Source of the DNA: Candidatus Sulfotelmatobacter sp.
GTDB taxonomy: Bacteria > Acidobacteriota > Terriglobia > Terriglobales > Acidobacteriaceae
Assembly: GCA_035309485.1 (NCBI GenBank)
Contig: DATGFC010000041.1
Span: 5,426 to 69,425, forward strand
Length of the DNA stretch: 64,000 nucleotides
Reading direction: 5' to 3'
Each line of letters begins with the position of its first letter. The stretch's first letter is position 1. The notes beneath the pieces are model-generated. The model searched no databases. It had not been told where the DNA came from and worked only from the letters and a program-made list of their open reading frames with translations. The position numbers were made by a program, and so were the translations under genes. This document shows, in pieces, positions 29,365-38,597 of the stretch.

Positions 29365-29898
29365 TCAACCCGCGCGGAAGTCCCGGATATCTTCTCCAGG
29401 TTTGAATGGAATTGCGGGCTGCACCTTGCCGGTTTCCGCTATCTTACGGTTGATCTGCTCGAAATCGGACCTCACCCAGCCCACGCTTGAAACCTCGATT
29501 TCACCATCCTGGGCAATCCAGAAGATGCTAGGCACATTGGTAAGCCCGTAGGCGTTCGAGGCGGGATACTTGTGCGTATCGTCCAGCAGGATTGGAAAAG
29601 TGATCCCAAATTGTTTCGCGAACGCGGCCGTATCCTTCGCATCGTTCTGCGACACGCCGACCACCGCGACGCCCTTCTGCCCATACGCCTTGTGGAGGCG
29701 CTCAAAAAACGGCAGGGCGTATTGACAGGTCGGGCAAGATACCTTGAAAAAGACCAGAACGACCGGTCCCCGGATCAGTTGATCCGTGAGCAAGAATCGA
29801 TTCCCATCCGTCGTCTTCAAATCAACATCGGGAGCTTTCATCCCAGTTGCCAATGCCGTCATCTTTCGTCTCCGCCAAACATCGAAGAATTTGCTCAT
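29365..29898 (-). CDS. Thioredoxin-fold redoxin (TlpA/AhpC-TSA family)
   Basis: VVLVFFKVSCPTCQYALPFFERL carries a CxxC active site in a thioredoxin-like context. The start could alternatively be the Met 12 codons downstream. Confidence 0.8.
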   Translation of the reverse strand: MSKFFDVWRRRKMTALATGMKAPDVDLKTTDGNRFLLTDQLIRGPVVLVFFKVSCPTCQYALPFFERLHKAYGQKGVAVVGVSQNDAKDTAAFAKQFGITFPILLDDTHKYPASNAYGLTNVPSIFWIAQDGEIEVSSVGWVRSDFEQINRKIAETGKVQPAIPFKPGEDIRDFRAG

Positions 29899-29901
29899 AT
29901 C

Positions 29902-30954
29902 TTAGATGATCGAACGGTTCTCCCGGATGTTGGCAACTCGTCGCAAGATTTTTCGGGCCAATCCCGTCAATGCAAGCCCTCCTGCCTTTTCCAGGGCAAT
30001 CCAGGTTCCCGCCACCGCCGGTGGCGCGGACATGTGCCACACTCGCACGGTGTAATCGGTCACTGTAATCGAATGCCGCAAGGTGAGAAAAAGTCCGTCT
30101 TTCTTGTCCCTTCGAGCGAACCGCGAAACACGCTTATCCCTTCCGCGCCGCCCCTGCGCATCGATCTCAGGCAATTCCCACATTCCCGGCATTAGCCGCA
30201 GGTCATGCGCACGCTGCACCAGGAAGATGCTCCCGTTGCGTCGATCAAGTGCGTAATGGATCTCCCGTTTCTTCTGCCGCGAGAATTTTGCCGGCGAGAG
30301 GCGCTCTCCACGGCTAATGCACAACCCAACGACCGGACATGTTAAGCAAGCAGGAGCACGCGGCGTGCAGACGGTCGCTCCCAACTCCATCATCGCCTGA
30401 TTGAAGTCACCCGGACGTTCGCGGTCCAGCAATTCCTCGGCCGTTTGCCACGCTTTTTCATTCGAGTGCGTTATGCCGCGCAGGCGACCCAGCACGCGCG
30501 CGACATTCCCATCGACAACGGCAACCGGTTCCTCGAAAGCTATGCTGGCAATGGCCGCCGCCGTGTAGCGCCCGATACCAGGCAAGTCTCGCAGCGCCGG
30601 TGCGGTTTCGGGAAACTTGCCGCCGCGCTCTTTCGCGATCACTTTGGCTGCCGCGTGCAGCATGCGGGCGCGGCGGTAATATCCCAAGCCGCTCCACGCG
30701 GCGAGCACAGAATTTTGGCGTGCTGCCGCTAATTTCTGCAGATCTGGAAATCGCCGCAAGAAATTGCGGTAATGCTCGATGACGGCCGCCACGCGAGTCT
30801 GCTGCAGCATGATTTCCGATATCCACACCCGATAAGGATCGCGATCTTTGCGCCAGGGCAGATCGCGCGCGTGGACGTCGTACCAGGAGAGCAGGGCGTT
30901 GCGGAACGCCGGGGCCGAAATCGGCGCACTCGAATGAATTTTTCCAGAATCCAT
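29902..30954 (-). CDS. mutY: A/G-specific adenine DNA glycosylase
   Basis: LPWRKDRDPYRVWISEIMLQQTRV, a helix-hairpin-helix GIGRYTAAAIASIAF, a 4Fe-4S cluster loop CTPRAPACLTCPVVGLC and a NUDIX-like C-terminal domain. Confidence 0.92.
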   Translation of the reverse strand: MDSGKIHSSAPISAPAFRNALLSWYDVHARDLPWRKDRDPYRVWISEIMLQQTRVAAVIEHYRNFLRRFPDLQKLAAARQNSVLAAWSGLGYYRRARMLHAAAKVIAKERGGKFPETAPALRDLPGIGRYTAAAIASIAFEEPVAVVDGNVARVLGRLRGITHSNEKAWQTAEELLDRERPGDFNQAMMELGATVCTPRAPACLTCPVVGLCISRGERLSPAKFSRQKKREIHYALDRRNGSIFLVQRAHDLRLMPGMWELPEIDAQGRRGRDKRVSRFARRDKKDGLFLTLRHSITVTDYTVRVWHMSAPPAVAGTWIALEKAGGLALTGLARKILRRVANIRENRSII

Positions 30955-31120
30955 TGGCCGCCCGCATTGTAACCCAAGGCATATCGCCGATCCGCGGGGC
31001 GTCGGCGCCGGAATGATCCGATTCCGTCATTGACCGCGCGCTTCAAGGCGCGAAATAATAACGGAGCCTGGCATCCGCAGTACCGCGTGAACCTTTTCAC
31101 GCCTAATCGCGAGGAGTACG

Positions 31121-31348
31121 ATGACCGACTTCGACCGCAAGGTGGAAAGCGCTTCGGCGCGTGTGAGCCAAACCATCAACGATGCCGCCGAGCGGCTGGA
31201 AAAAGAGATTCCGGAATTCATCAAGTACCTCAACGACGAAGTTGTGCCGGCGGTGCGCACGCATTCGACGAAAGCGTTGCGCGTGGCTTCACAGAAAATT
31301 TCCGAATTCGCGGATTACATGGACCAGCAGCAGCATCAGCCGAAGTAA
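31121..31348 (+). CDS. Hypothetical small helical protein (75 aa)
   Basis: The ribosome-binding site gaggag lies 5 nt upstream of the ATG. The composition is charged and helical. The family is not recognised. Confidence 0.55.
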   Translation: MTDFDRKVESASARVSQTINDAAERLEKEIPEFIKYLNDEVVPAVRTHSTKALRVASQKISEFADYMDQQQHQPK

Positions 31349-31410
31349 AGCTGCCGCGGCTCCTATTCACCAGAACAGCAGTGGCCTGCGCACGCGCTAT
31401 CAGTACCGCT

Positions 31411-32154
31411 ATGCTGATCATTCTCTTGCTCACCATGCTGTTGTTGAGTGCCTGCAGCCATAAGGCGGCGCGCGTGGATGTGCCCCCGCCACCGGAGTCG
31501 ACCTCCAACGTCTCTCAGCCCAGTACGAATATCCCCAGCCCGAAAATGCGCGAGCCGGCAGAAGACGCCACTCTTGCCGAACCCGCGATTCCTCCCAATG
31601 CAAAGCCGATCGCCACGGAAACTGGGCTGGCAAGCTGGTATGGGCCTCCGTATCACAACCGGCGCGGATCGAACGGCGAGGTCTACAACATGCACGCCAT
31701 GACTGCGGCGCACCGGACCTATCCGCTGGGCTCGATCGTGCGCGTCACCAATCTCAAGACCGGTTCGACCGCGCTGGTGCGCATCACCGACCGCGGGCCC
31801 TTCATTCCCGGACGGGTGCTCGATCTTTCGCTAGCCGCCGCTCAGAAAGTGGACGTGGTAAGGCCCGGTGTAGCCAAGGTGAAAGTCGAGTTGATTGAGT
31901 CTCCGGCCGCCGCCGCTCTGCCTGGGAAATGGGCGGTGCAGATTGGCGGATTTCCCGACGAGAAAGCAGCGACCCAGGTCGCCGATCATCTGACACGCCG
32001 CTATCACAGCGCGAAGGTGCTGCGTTTCGCGAGTCCTGCGGGAGACTGGTGGATTCGAGTGCGCGTACTGGACGATGACCACGAGCGCGCGCAAAAACTC
32101 GCCGCGGAAACTAGGACGCCCGAGGGAGCGGTGTTTGTGGTGCGGCTGGACTGA
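31411..32154 (+). CDS. rlpA: Septal ring lytic transglycosylase RlpA family lipoprotein with SPOR domain
   Basis: Lipobox MLIILLLTMLLLSAC, a DPBB core GLASWYGPPYHNRRGSNGEVYN...VRVTNLKTGSTALVRITDRGPF, and a SPOR-like C-terminus WAVQIGGFPDEKAA. Confidence 0.88.
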   Translation: MLIILLLTMLLLSACSHKAARVDVPPPPESTSNVSQPSTNIPSPKMREPAEDATLAEPAIPPNAKPIATETGLASWYGPPYHNRRGSNGEVYNMHAMTAAHRTYPLGSIVRVTNLKTGSTALVRITDRGPFIPGRVLDLSLAAAQKVDVVRPGVAKVKVELIESPAAAALPGKWAVQIGGFPDEKAATQVADHLTRRYHSAKVLRFASPAGDWWIRVRVLDDDHERAQKLAAETRTPEGAVFVVRLD

Positions 32155-32356
32155 TAACCCGACGGGGCTGCGAAAGGCGCGAAACAGGGGGTGCTATGTG
32201 GTGGCGAGGACGCCCCGCCGCCACAGCCGGCTGAACGCCCGCATTACATTTTGGCGGAATGATATGAAAAGAGCTTAACTGCCGGCGATCGGCTGAATGG
32301 CGAATGACTTTGGTAAAGCGGCAAGCGCAGTGATATCTTGGCGCGAGTGAGGCTCG

Positions 32357-32704
32357 ATGAGCGATCCCAATTGCCTTTTTTGCCGCATTATCCGCGGTGA
32401 GATTCCGTCGAAGAAAGTTTATGAAGACGAGCACGTCTTCGCGTTCGAAGACATCAACCCGCAGGCGCCAACGCATGTGCTCATCATTCCCAAGCGGCAC
32501 TTCGCGGGATTGAAAGAGGCGCAACAGGACGACGCGGAGATGATAGGTCAATGCCATCTCGCCGCGGCGCAAATCGCCCGCCAGCGCAACATCGAGCAGG
32601 GATACCGCACTGTCCTGAATGTCGGTCCCGACGCAGGGCAATCGGTGTTTCACCTGCATGTCCACCTGCTCGGCGGCCGCTCGCTCAGTTGGCCTCCCGG
32701 ATAG
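32357..32704 (+). CDS. HIT family (histidine triad nucleotide-binding) protein
   Basis: CLFCRIIRGEIPSKKVYEDEHVFAFEDINPQAPTHVL...VFHLHVHLLGG is a canonical HIT sequence. Confidence 0.93.
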   Translation: MSDPNCLFCRIIRGEIPSKKVYEDEHVFAFEDINPQAPTHVLIIPKRHFAGLKEAQQDDAEMIGQCHLAAAQIARQRNIEQGYRTVLNVGPDAGQSVFHLHVHLLGGRSLSWPPG

Positions 32705-32726
32705 CGGCTTTGGCCCCTAACAACGA

Positions 32727-33392
32727 TTATTTGGAACGGGAACCGGACGATAACCAGACGCGTTCAGAGGCGGCGGGGCCGAGCGATACCGTCCCGGCTG
32801 GAGTAGACAGAGTCAGCGTCTGGTCGTAATTGCGTTCCAACAGGCGGACTTTGGCGCCGGGGCGGACGCCGCGGTGTTCAAGGAACTCGAGCAATCCACG
32901 ATCGCGCTCATAGATTCCGCTGACCTGGTACGTGGCATCCACGTCGGCATCGGCAAGAAGCACCAGGCCGCGGCGGCGCCGGCTGGCGGAGCTTTCCATC
33001 TCGCTCAGATTGCCGTGCGGGCATGCGCCGGCAGAACCGAGTTTGGCCAGCAGCTTGGCCTCGAAGTCTGGAGACACCGCATGCTCCAGGCGCTCGGCCT
33101 CGTCGTGCACTTTCCACCATTCCATGCCGAACATCTCGGAAAGCATGCGCTCGATCAGATGGTGGCGCAGCGTAAGCTTGCGGGCGATCTTGCGTCCCTC
33201 CGCCGTCAGGCGCACTTCCCCACTGGCCTCGACGCGGACCAGACCGTCTTTCTTGAGGCGGCGCAGGGCCATGGTCACCGCAGGCGGAGAAACTTTCAGC
33301 AGGTGCGCAAGGCGCGCGGAAATAACAGTCTCGCCTTCGGTCTCAGCTTCGAGGATGGACTTGAGGTAGTCCTCCTTGGAGACGGTGATCAT
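32727..33392 (-). CDS. DtxR/MntR family metal-dependent transcriptional regulator with FeoA/SH3-like C-terminal domain
   Basis: SKEDYLKSILEAETEGETVISARLAHLLKVSPPAVTMALRRLKKDGLV. Metal-site His/Glu residues are present in the dimerisation domain. Confidence 0.88.
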   Translation of the reverse strand: MITVSKEDYLKSILEAETEGETVISARLAHLLKVSPPAVTMALRRLKKDGLVRVEASGEVRLTAEGRKIARKLTLRHHLIERMLSEMFGMEWWKVHDEAERLEHAVSPDFEAKLLAKLGSAGACPHGNLSEMESSASRRRRGLVLLADADVDATYQVSGIYERDRGLLEFLEHRGVRPGAKVRLLERNYDQTLTLSTPAGTVSLGPAASERVWLSSGSRSK

Positions 33393-33399
33393 TAAGTGG

Positions 33400-33429
33400 A
33401 TTATACGATGAGGAGTTAATTATGGTTAA
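33400..33429 (-). promoter_or_regulatory. Candidate promoter for a leaderless transcript of the DtxR-family gene
   Basis: On the minus strand: TTAACC, an 18-nt spacer, TATAAT (33405..33400), 7 nt, then the ATG (33392). There is no Shine-Dalgarno sequence. A direct repeat ATTAAC-cata-ATTAAC overlaps the -35 region. Confidence 0.45.
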
Positions 33430-33463
33430 TGCGCAGAAAGCAACTGACCTGGAAGCGGGATGA

Positions 33464-33500
33464 AAGCAAAAAGGACAGTCCGGAGCCCCCGAGACTGTCC
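33464..33500 (-). terminator. Orphan intrinsic-terminator-like hairpin on the minus strand
   Basis: GGACAGTC-N12-GACTGTCC followed by TTTTTGCTTT on the minus strand. It lies upstream of the DtxR-gene promoter and has no annotated minus-strand gene feeding into it. Confidence 0.45.
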
Positions 33501-33642
33501 CCCAAACCCTCCCGGTTAGAAGGGCAACTTGATGCACTTAAGATACTGGCGCGATGTTGCAAGGGGATTGCAGAATGATGAATATCTGATGAATTGCCGT
33601 CGCGGGGCGCTGCTATAGTATTCGATTACTCCGCTGAGGAAT

Positions 33643-34959
33643 GTGATGCCAACCACCACGTCGCGCAAAACCGAGCAATCGCGGCGGCTGCAGCAGCGAG
33701 CCGAAACCATGATTCCCGGGGGCGTGAACTCGCCCGTGCGGGCATTTGGTTCGGTGGGCGGCGATCCTCCCTTTCTGGTGCGCGGCAAGGGATCGCACGT
33801 CTGGGATGCTGACGAAAACGAATACATTGATTACATCGGATCGTGGGGCCCGCTGATTCTGGGCCATGCCGAGCCCAACGTGCTCGATGCCATCGTGGGC
33901 GCGGCTTGCAACGGGACCAGCTTTGGCGCGTCAACCCCAGCGGAGGCCGATCTCGCGGAGTTGGTGCTCGCGGCACTTCCCAGCATTCAGAAGGTGCGTT
34001 TTGTGAGCTCAGGAACGGAAGCGACCATGTCGGCCATCCGTCTGGCGCGCGCCTACACCAAGCGGAAATACATCATCAAGTTTGAAGGCTGCTACCACGG
34101 GCACGCGGATGCCCTGCTGGTTAAGGCGGGTTCGGGAGTGGCGACGCTGGGAATTCCGGGATCGGCGGGAGTGCCGGAAGAGTTCACCATGTTTACGTTG
34201 GCTCTACCGTTCAATAATTTGCAGGCGGTGGAGCTGGCGTTCCACAAGTTCAAACATCAGATTGCATGTGTGATCGTGGAGCCGGTGGTGGGGAACATGG
34301 GGTGCGTTCCGGCGGCGGATGATTACCTCGTGGGCTTACGCCTGATTACCGAGCGGGAGCGGTCGGTGCTGATTTTTGACGAGGTGATGACGGGATTTCG
34401 CGTAGCGTTCGGCGGCGCGCAGGAGTTGTACAACATCAAGCCGGACCTCACTACTTTGGGCAAGATCATCGGCGGAGGCTTGCCGGTGGGTGCATACGGC
34501 GGGCCGAAAGAGATTATGGACCTGGTCGCTCCGGTGGGGCCAATGTATCAGGCGGGTACGCTGTCGGGAAACCCCCTGGCGATGGCCGCGGGATGCGCCA
34601 TGCTGAAACAGTTGCGCGATCGAAAGGGAGATATCTATCCGCGGCTGGAAAAGCTGAGTGCAGAACTGGTCGATGGCGTATCGGCGGCCGCCAAGGATGC
34701 CGGGGTGCCGCTGTGCGCTAACCGTGTGGGATCGATGTTCACGTGGTTTTTCCAGAAGGGGCCTGTCACAGACTGGGATATGGCCTCGAAATCGAATACC
34801 GAAGCGTTTGGGAAGTTTTTCCGCGAGATGCTCGACCGCGGCGTCTACCTCCCGCCATCTCAATACGAGGCTGCCTTTCTGGGGGCGACCCACAGCGAAG
34901 AAGATGTGCAGAAGACCGTGGCTGCTGCCAAACTGGCGTTCGCGGGAATGAAAAAGTAG
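33643..34959 (+). CDS. hemL: Glutamate-1-semialdehyde 2,1-aminomutase
   Basis: [34 protein letters not shown] and [16 protein letters not shown] are HemL hallmarks. Confidence 0.95.
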   Translation: MMPTTTSRKTEQSRRLQQRAETMIPGGVNSPVRAFGSVGGDPPFLVRGKGSHVWDADENEYIDYIGSWGPLILGHAEPNVLDAIVGAACNGTSFGASTPAEADLAELVLAALPSIQKVRFVSSGTEATMSAIRLARAYTKRKYIIKFEGCYHGHADALLVKAGSGVATLGIPGSAGVPEEFTMFTLALPFNNLQAVELAFHKFKHQIACVIVEPVVGNMGCVPAADDYLVGLRLITERERSVLIFDEVMTGFRVAFGGAQELYNIKPDLTTLGKIIGGGLPVGAYGGPKEIMDLVAPVGPMYQAGTLSGNPLAMAAGCAMLKQLRDRKGDIYPRLEKLSAELVDGVSAAAKDAGVPLCANRVGSMFTWFFQKGPVTDWDMASKSNTEAFGKFFREMLDRGVYLPPSQYEAAFLGATHSEEDVQKTVAAAKLAFAGMKK

Positions 34960-34978
34960 GCCTCCCCACGGCCTGAAC

Positions 34979-35010
34979 CTCACCACGGAGTCACTGAGGA
35001 TTTTTTATTT
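34979..35010. terminator. Bidirectional terminator-like hairpin between the convergent hemL and deacetylase genes
   Basis: CCTCA-N11-TGAGG followed by ATTTTTTATTT on the plus strand. The stem is weak (5 bp). The T-run overlaps the TAA stop of the minus-strand gene. Confidence 0.4.
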
Positions 35011-35739
35011 GACGGCGGTGTGCGCCTGCTGGGGATTGCGCTGCATCATTTCTGAAATTGTCGCGAAAACAAATCCTTCCTGCTTGTAGCGTGGAATCAG
35101 TTGATCGGTGGCTTGGACCGTTTGCGAGCGGTCGGCACCCATCTGTTTGTGGCCGCCGTCGTGAAGCAGGATTACATTGCCGCCTCGGATCCGTTTTGAA
35201 ACTTTTTGCTCGATCACGGCAGCCGGAGGCGCGTTCCAGTCGTACCCGGTGACGTTCCACATTACCGGCACCAATCCGAGATCGCGGGCAATGCGGAGCG
35301 TGACTGGGCGGCGCCCGCCAAATGGCGGACGAAAGAGGTTAGAGTGCTCGCCGATCGCGTCCTGCAATGCTGCGCGGCAGTCGGCGAGTTCCTGGCGAAC
35401 CTCGGCGGCGCCTTTGAAGATCAGCAGCGGGTGCGTGAACGTATGGTTTCCTATCGCGTGGCCGGCTTTCGCAACTTCGAGGGCGATTTCGGGGCGTTCG
35501 CGCACATAGCGGCCAATCAGAAAAAAAGTTGCGTGCACATTATGTTTCGCCAGAACTTCAAGCAGGCGCAAAGTGTGGGGATCATTCGGTCCGTCGTCAT
35601 AAGTGAGTGCGAGTTGCCTGGAGCCGGGCTCCAGCCCAGTAAACGTGCGGCCATACCACTGGCCGGTGGGTGCCATGGATTGATAGCCTGCCGCAACTGC
35701 AGCAGCAACAGCAGTTCCGGCCAAGGCGGCTCCGAGCAT
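35005..35739 (-). CDS. Polysaccharide deacetylase (CE4/NodB family)
   Basis: LTYDDGPNDPHT and IGNHTFTHP NodB motifs. I prefer the ATG at 35739 (MLGAALAGTAVAAAV membrane anchor), which is preceded by TACAAT-N6. The track start at 35817 is a TTG inside a periodic repeat array. Confidence 0.82.
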   Translation of the reverse strand: MLGAALAGTAVAAAVAAGYQSMAPTGQWYGRTFTGLEPGSRQLALTYDDGPNDPHTLRLLEVLAKHNVHATFFLIGRYVRERPEIALEVAKAGHAIGNHTFTHPLLIFKGAAEVRQELADCRAALQDAIGEHSNLFRPPFGGRRPVTLRIARDLGLVPVMWNVTGYDWNAPPAAVIEQKVSKRIRGGNVILLHDGGHKQMGADRSQTVQATDQLIPRYKQEGFVFATISEMMQRNPQQAHTAVK

Positions 35740-35754
35740 GGACGAATTGTAGCG

Positions 35755-35852
35755 GATTGAGAAATTGGGGAATTGGGCAAGTGAAGATTCAGGGGCTTGT
35801 GTCTCAGCGTGTTTCAATCACTCAATCGCTAAATTTCCCAATTACCCAATCC
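35755..35852. repeat. Inverted pair of 8-nt periodic arrays (ATTGNNNN x3-4 / NCAATNNN x5)
   Basis: ATTG occurs at 35756, 35764 and 35772. CAAT (AAAT in the third unit) recurs at 8-nt spacing at 35815, 35823, 35831, 35839 and 35847. The two arms are reverse complements in word content. Confidence 0.6.
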
Positions 35853-35928
35853 CTGTTAACTCTTCCCGCAATTGTCAGTGAGGGGCTTCCGGGATATCCT
35901 GCTTTTTCCGAGATACCGTCCCTAACTC

Positions 35929-36594
35929 ATGGCCAATCTTTTTGAACTGCCCCGGTACATTGCTGTGGAAGGTCCCATACGAGTCGGCAAAAGCACGCTG
36001 GCGAACATCCTGGCCGAGCGTCTGAACGCCCAGCGCGTGATGGAACCCGACGCGAATCCGTTTCTTCCTTCCTTTTACGAGGGCGAACGGGGCGCGGCAT
36101 TTCAGGCGCAGTTCACGTTTCTGGTGAAACGGTTCGAGCAGTTGCGCGCGCTCGACCTGGGTGCGCACTCGCAACGCACCATCGTCGCCGATTTCATTTT
36201 CGAAAAAGATAAGCTGTTCGCCTACCTCAATCTCAGCGACCAGGAACTCGATACCTATAACCGGTACTACAACTACTTTCGCGAACAGTTGCCCACACCC
36301 GATCTCGTGATTTATCTGCAGGCCACGCCCGAGGTCCTGAAAAAGCGGCTCAAGAAAAAGAACGCTGCGGGTGAGCGCGCCGTCAGCGAAGAGTATCTGG
36401 AGGAAGTAGTCAAGGCGTATGAGCACTTCTTCTTCCACTACACCTCGTCAGACCTGCTGATCGTCAACACCTCGGAGATTGATTTCGTCGACCGCAATGA
36501 GGACCTGCAAGAACTGCTGCGCAAGGTGACCGAGCCGATTAAAGGCACGCAGTACTTCCTGCCCCTGGGTGGGCAGGAAGCGGTCGGGGCGTAA
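35929..36594 (+). CDS. Deoxynucleoside kinase family protein
   Basis: P-loop IAVEGPIRVGKSTLANILAE, then the ERxxF-type segment and the DLVIYL pattern of the dNK family. Confidence 0.85.
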   Translation: MANLFELPRYIAVEGPIRVGKSTLANILAERLNAQRVMEPDANPFLPSFYEGERGAAFQAQFTFLVKRFEQLRALDLGAHSQRTIVADFIFEKDKLFAYLNLSDQELDTYNRYYNYFREQLPTPDLVIYLQATPEVLKKRLKKKNAAGERAVSEEYLEEVVKAYEHFFFHYTSSDLLIVNTSEIDFVDRNEDLQELLRKVTEPIKGTQYFLPLGGQEAVGA

Positions 36595-36628
36595 GAACCG
36601 TTCGATTGCCATTGTCCCATTGCTACTC

Positions 36629-37054
36629 TCAGGGCCTCGCGTGCCGTGGCAGCTGATACAGAGATAGCACCTTTCCCAACTTGGGGAATTCCGGGTCGGC
36701 CGTGACAAGCCAGGCCCCACTATCGATTGCCAGTTCCGCAGCAAAAGCATCGGCATAACTCAGATTGTGTTTTTGTTTGAGTGCGGCGGCGCGTGTGGCG
36801 CGATCAAAGTCTGTAGCTACGAAGACAATCGGCATCTCCAAAACGTTGGCTCCGGCTTCACGCGCCTTATCTTCCCCATACCGCCTCCATACGATATAGA
36901 AGACTTCGCCCCAGTTTACGGTTGACATCAGCAGCGGCACATTCTGGCGCTGTCCTTCTTGCAGGAGACGTTCGACCCTGGCGGCTGTGCCCTCGCGGTC
37001 CTCGAAGAGTCCTACCAGTGCATTGGCATCGAGTACGTAGCGCCGTGCACTCAT
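36629..37054 (-). CDS. vapC: Type II toxin VapC (PIN domain ribonuclease)
   Basis: The N-terminal YVLDANALV acidic motif and conserved distal Asp residues are present. It overlaps the upstream antitoxin gene by 4 nt. Confidence 0.85.
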   Translation of the reverse strand: MSARRYVLDANALVGLFEDREGTAARVERLLQEGQRQNVPLLMSTVNWGEVFYIVWRRYGEDKAREAGANVLEMPIVFVATDFDRATRAAALKQKHNLSYADAFAAELAIDSGAWLVTADPEFPKLGKVLSLYQLPRHARP

Positions 37055-37305
37055 CGTTTTTCGCGGCTGCGCTCTCGTTCGCGTTCCGCAAAGAGCTCAT
37101 CAAACATGGTTGGGGCACCGGGTGCCGGCTTCAAGAATCCGCGAATTTCGCTCAGCCGCTGCTTGGTCAATGGGGTGAGCACCAAGCGACCTTTTTCTTC
37201 CATTAAATTGGCGGGTGTGCCCTTTTCCAAACCGAGCCGCTCGCGCAGTTCGGCGGGGACTACAAACTGGCCTTTGGAACTCATCGTTATTCTGTAAGTC
37301 GCCAT
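37051..37305 (-). CDS. vapB: AbrB/MazE/SpoVT-family antitoxin (VapB-type partner)
   Basis: ITMSSKGQFVVPAELRERLGL is a swapped-hairpin barrel motif. 84 aa, directly upstream of vapC. Confidence 0.82.
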   Translation of the reverse strand: MATYRITMSSKGQFVVPAELRERLGLEKGTPANLMEEKGRLVLTPLTKQRLSEIRGFLKPAPGAPTMFDELFAERERERSREKR

Positions 37306-37310
37306 CTGTA

Positions 37311-37338
37311 TATCTTACTATATTGCGCAGGTAAGATA
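37311..37338. promoter_or_regulatory. Inverted repeat TATCTTAC-N12-GTAAGATA immediately upstream of vapB (candidate autoregulatory operator)
   Basis: Perfect 8-bp arms at 37311..37318 and 37331..37338. On the minus strand a TATAGT -10-like hexamer sits between the arms, 11 nt from the ATG. Confidence 0.5.
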
Positions 37339-37538
37339 GCTACAACTATGTCTTACGAAAAGGCGCGAGGGCGTTACAAGTGACTGAAATCACTGATTAT
37401 CGACCCCTTTGTTGAAATTTTTCGATGGCGATCACCGGGTTCTGCGGCTACAATGTCTACGGCGTCGTTCCAAGCGTAAGCGCTGGGATGTACGCGCAGG
37501 CTCTATCCGCCTGAGGCGGAGGGGCACTGGAGGACAAG

Positions 37539-38429
37539 ATGAGTCTCACCCCGATTGGCGAGCCTCGCCATAGAGTCACTACCGCATCTCTGCGGGAACA
37601 GAAACTCCGCCACGAACCCATCACCTGCATTACGGCGTATGACTATTCCGCTGCCCGCCTGGTCGACGAGGCTGGGGTGGAGATGGTACTGGTGGGCGAT
37701 TCGCTGGCCCAAACCATGCTTGGCTATGAGAACACGCTCTCGGTCACCATGGACGAGATGCTGCATCACGTGAAAGCCGTGCGCCGCGGCCTGAAGAATG
37801 CGCTGCTGGTCGCGGATATGCCTTATGGCTCCTACCAGGTCGATCCCAAGGAAGGCGTTGTCAATGCGACCCGGTTCGTGAAGGAAGGCGGAGCGGAAGT
37901 CGTCAAAATCGAAGGCGGCGAGAAACGGGCCGACCTCATCCGCCAAATCATTGATGCGGAAATTCCCGTCGCCGGCCACATCGGCCTCACGCCGCAGTCC
38001 GTCAATGTGATGGGTGGGTACAAAGTCCAAGGCAGAAACCTCGGGGGCATCGAACAGTTGATGCGCGATGCTGTCGCTCTCGATCACGCTGGAGTCGCCT
38101 GCCTCTATCTCGAGGGGATTCCGCGTGAAGTTGCTGCCATGATCACCGCCGAAGTGAGCACGCCCACCATCGGCATTGGCGCCGGTCCCGAGTGCGATGG
38201 CCAGGTGCTTGTTTTTCATGACATTTTGAACCTGACCTTCGGCGCCCCGGCGAAATTCGTGCGGCGCTACGGCGACGCGGCCGCCTTGATCACGCATGCG
38301 GTACAGGCATTTCGCGCGGACGTTCGCTCGCACCAGTATCCGTCGGATGAGGAGTCCTATCACCTTCCGAAGGACACGAAAGCCGCGCTGGATACGGTGC
38401 TGGAGCGGAAGAGGGCAATGCGGCGCTAA
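37539..38429 (+). CDS. panB: 3-methyl-2-oxobutanoate hydroxymethyltransferase
   Basis: ITAYDYSAARLVDEAGVEMVLVGDSLA, VADMPYGSY and KIEGG are PanB signatures. Confidence 0.95.
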   Translation: MSLTPIGEPRHRVTTASLREQKLRHEPITCITAYDYSAARLVDEAGVEMVLVGDSLAQTMLGYENTLSVTMDEMLHHVKAVRRGLKNALLVADMPYGSYQVDPKEGVVNATRFVKEGGAEVVKIEGGEKRADLIRQIIDAEIPVAGHIGLTPQSVNVMGGYKVQGRNLGGIEQLMRDAVALDHAGVACLYLEGIPREVAAMITAEVSTPTIGIGAGPECDGQVLVFHDILNLTFGAPAKFVRRYGDAAALITHAVQAFRADVRSHQYPSDEESYHLPKDTKAALDTVLERKRAMRR

Positions 38430-38597
38430 CCAGCAACTCCTTACGGAGATTGCGGAGACGAGCGCGAACCGGGAAGGACGTCTTAACGGAACCCGGGCGT
38501 TTGCTGTTGCGTATAGTACCGTGTGGATTGAATTGCGTCTCAAATTCTCCACTCGCACCCCGCCTGGCGGTGCTAGGCTATTTCAGGGAGGTCGATT

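Noticed and set aside
33516-33827. 103-aa minus-strand ORF spanning the hemL 5' region.
   Set aside because: It overlaps the hemL start on the antisense strand and has no motifs. The minus-strand terminator at 33464..33500 is discussed as a possible small RNA instead.
37503-38558. 351-aa ORF on the minus strand.
   Set aside because: It is antisense to panB, which has unmistakable family motifs. This is a shadow ORF.
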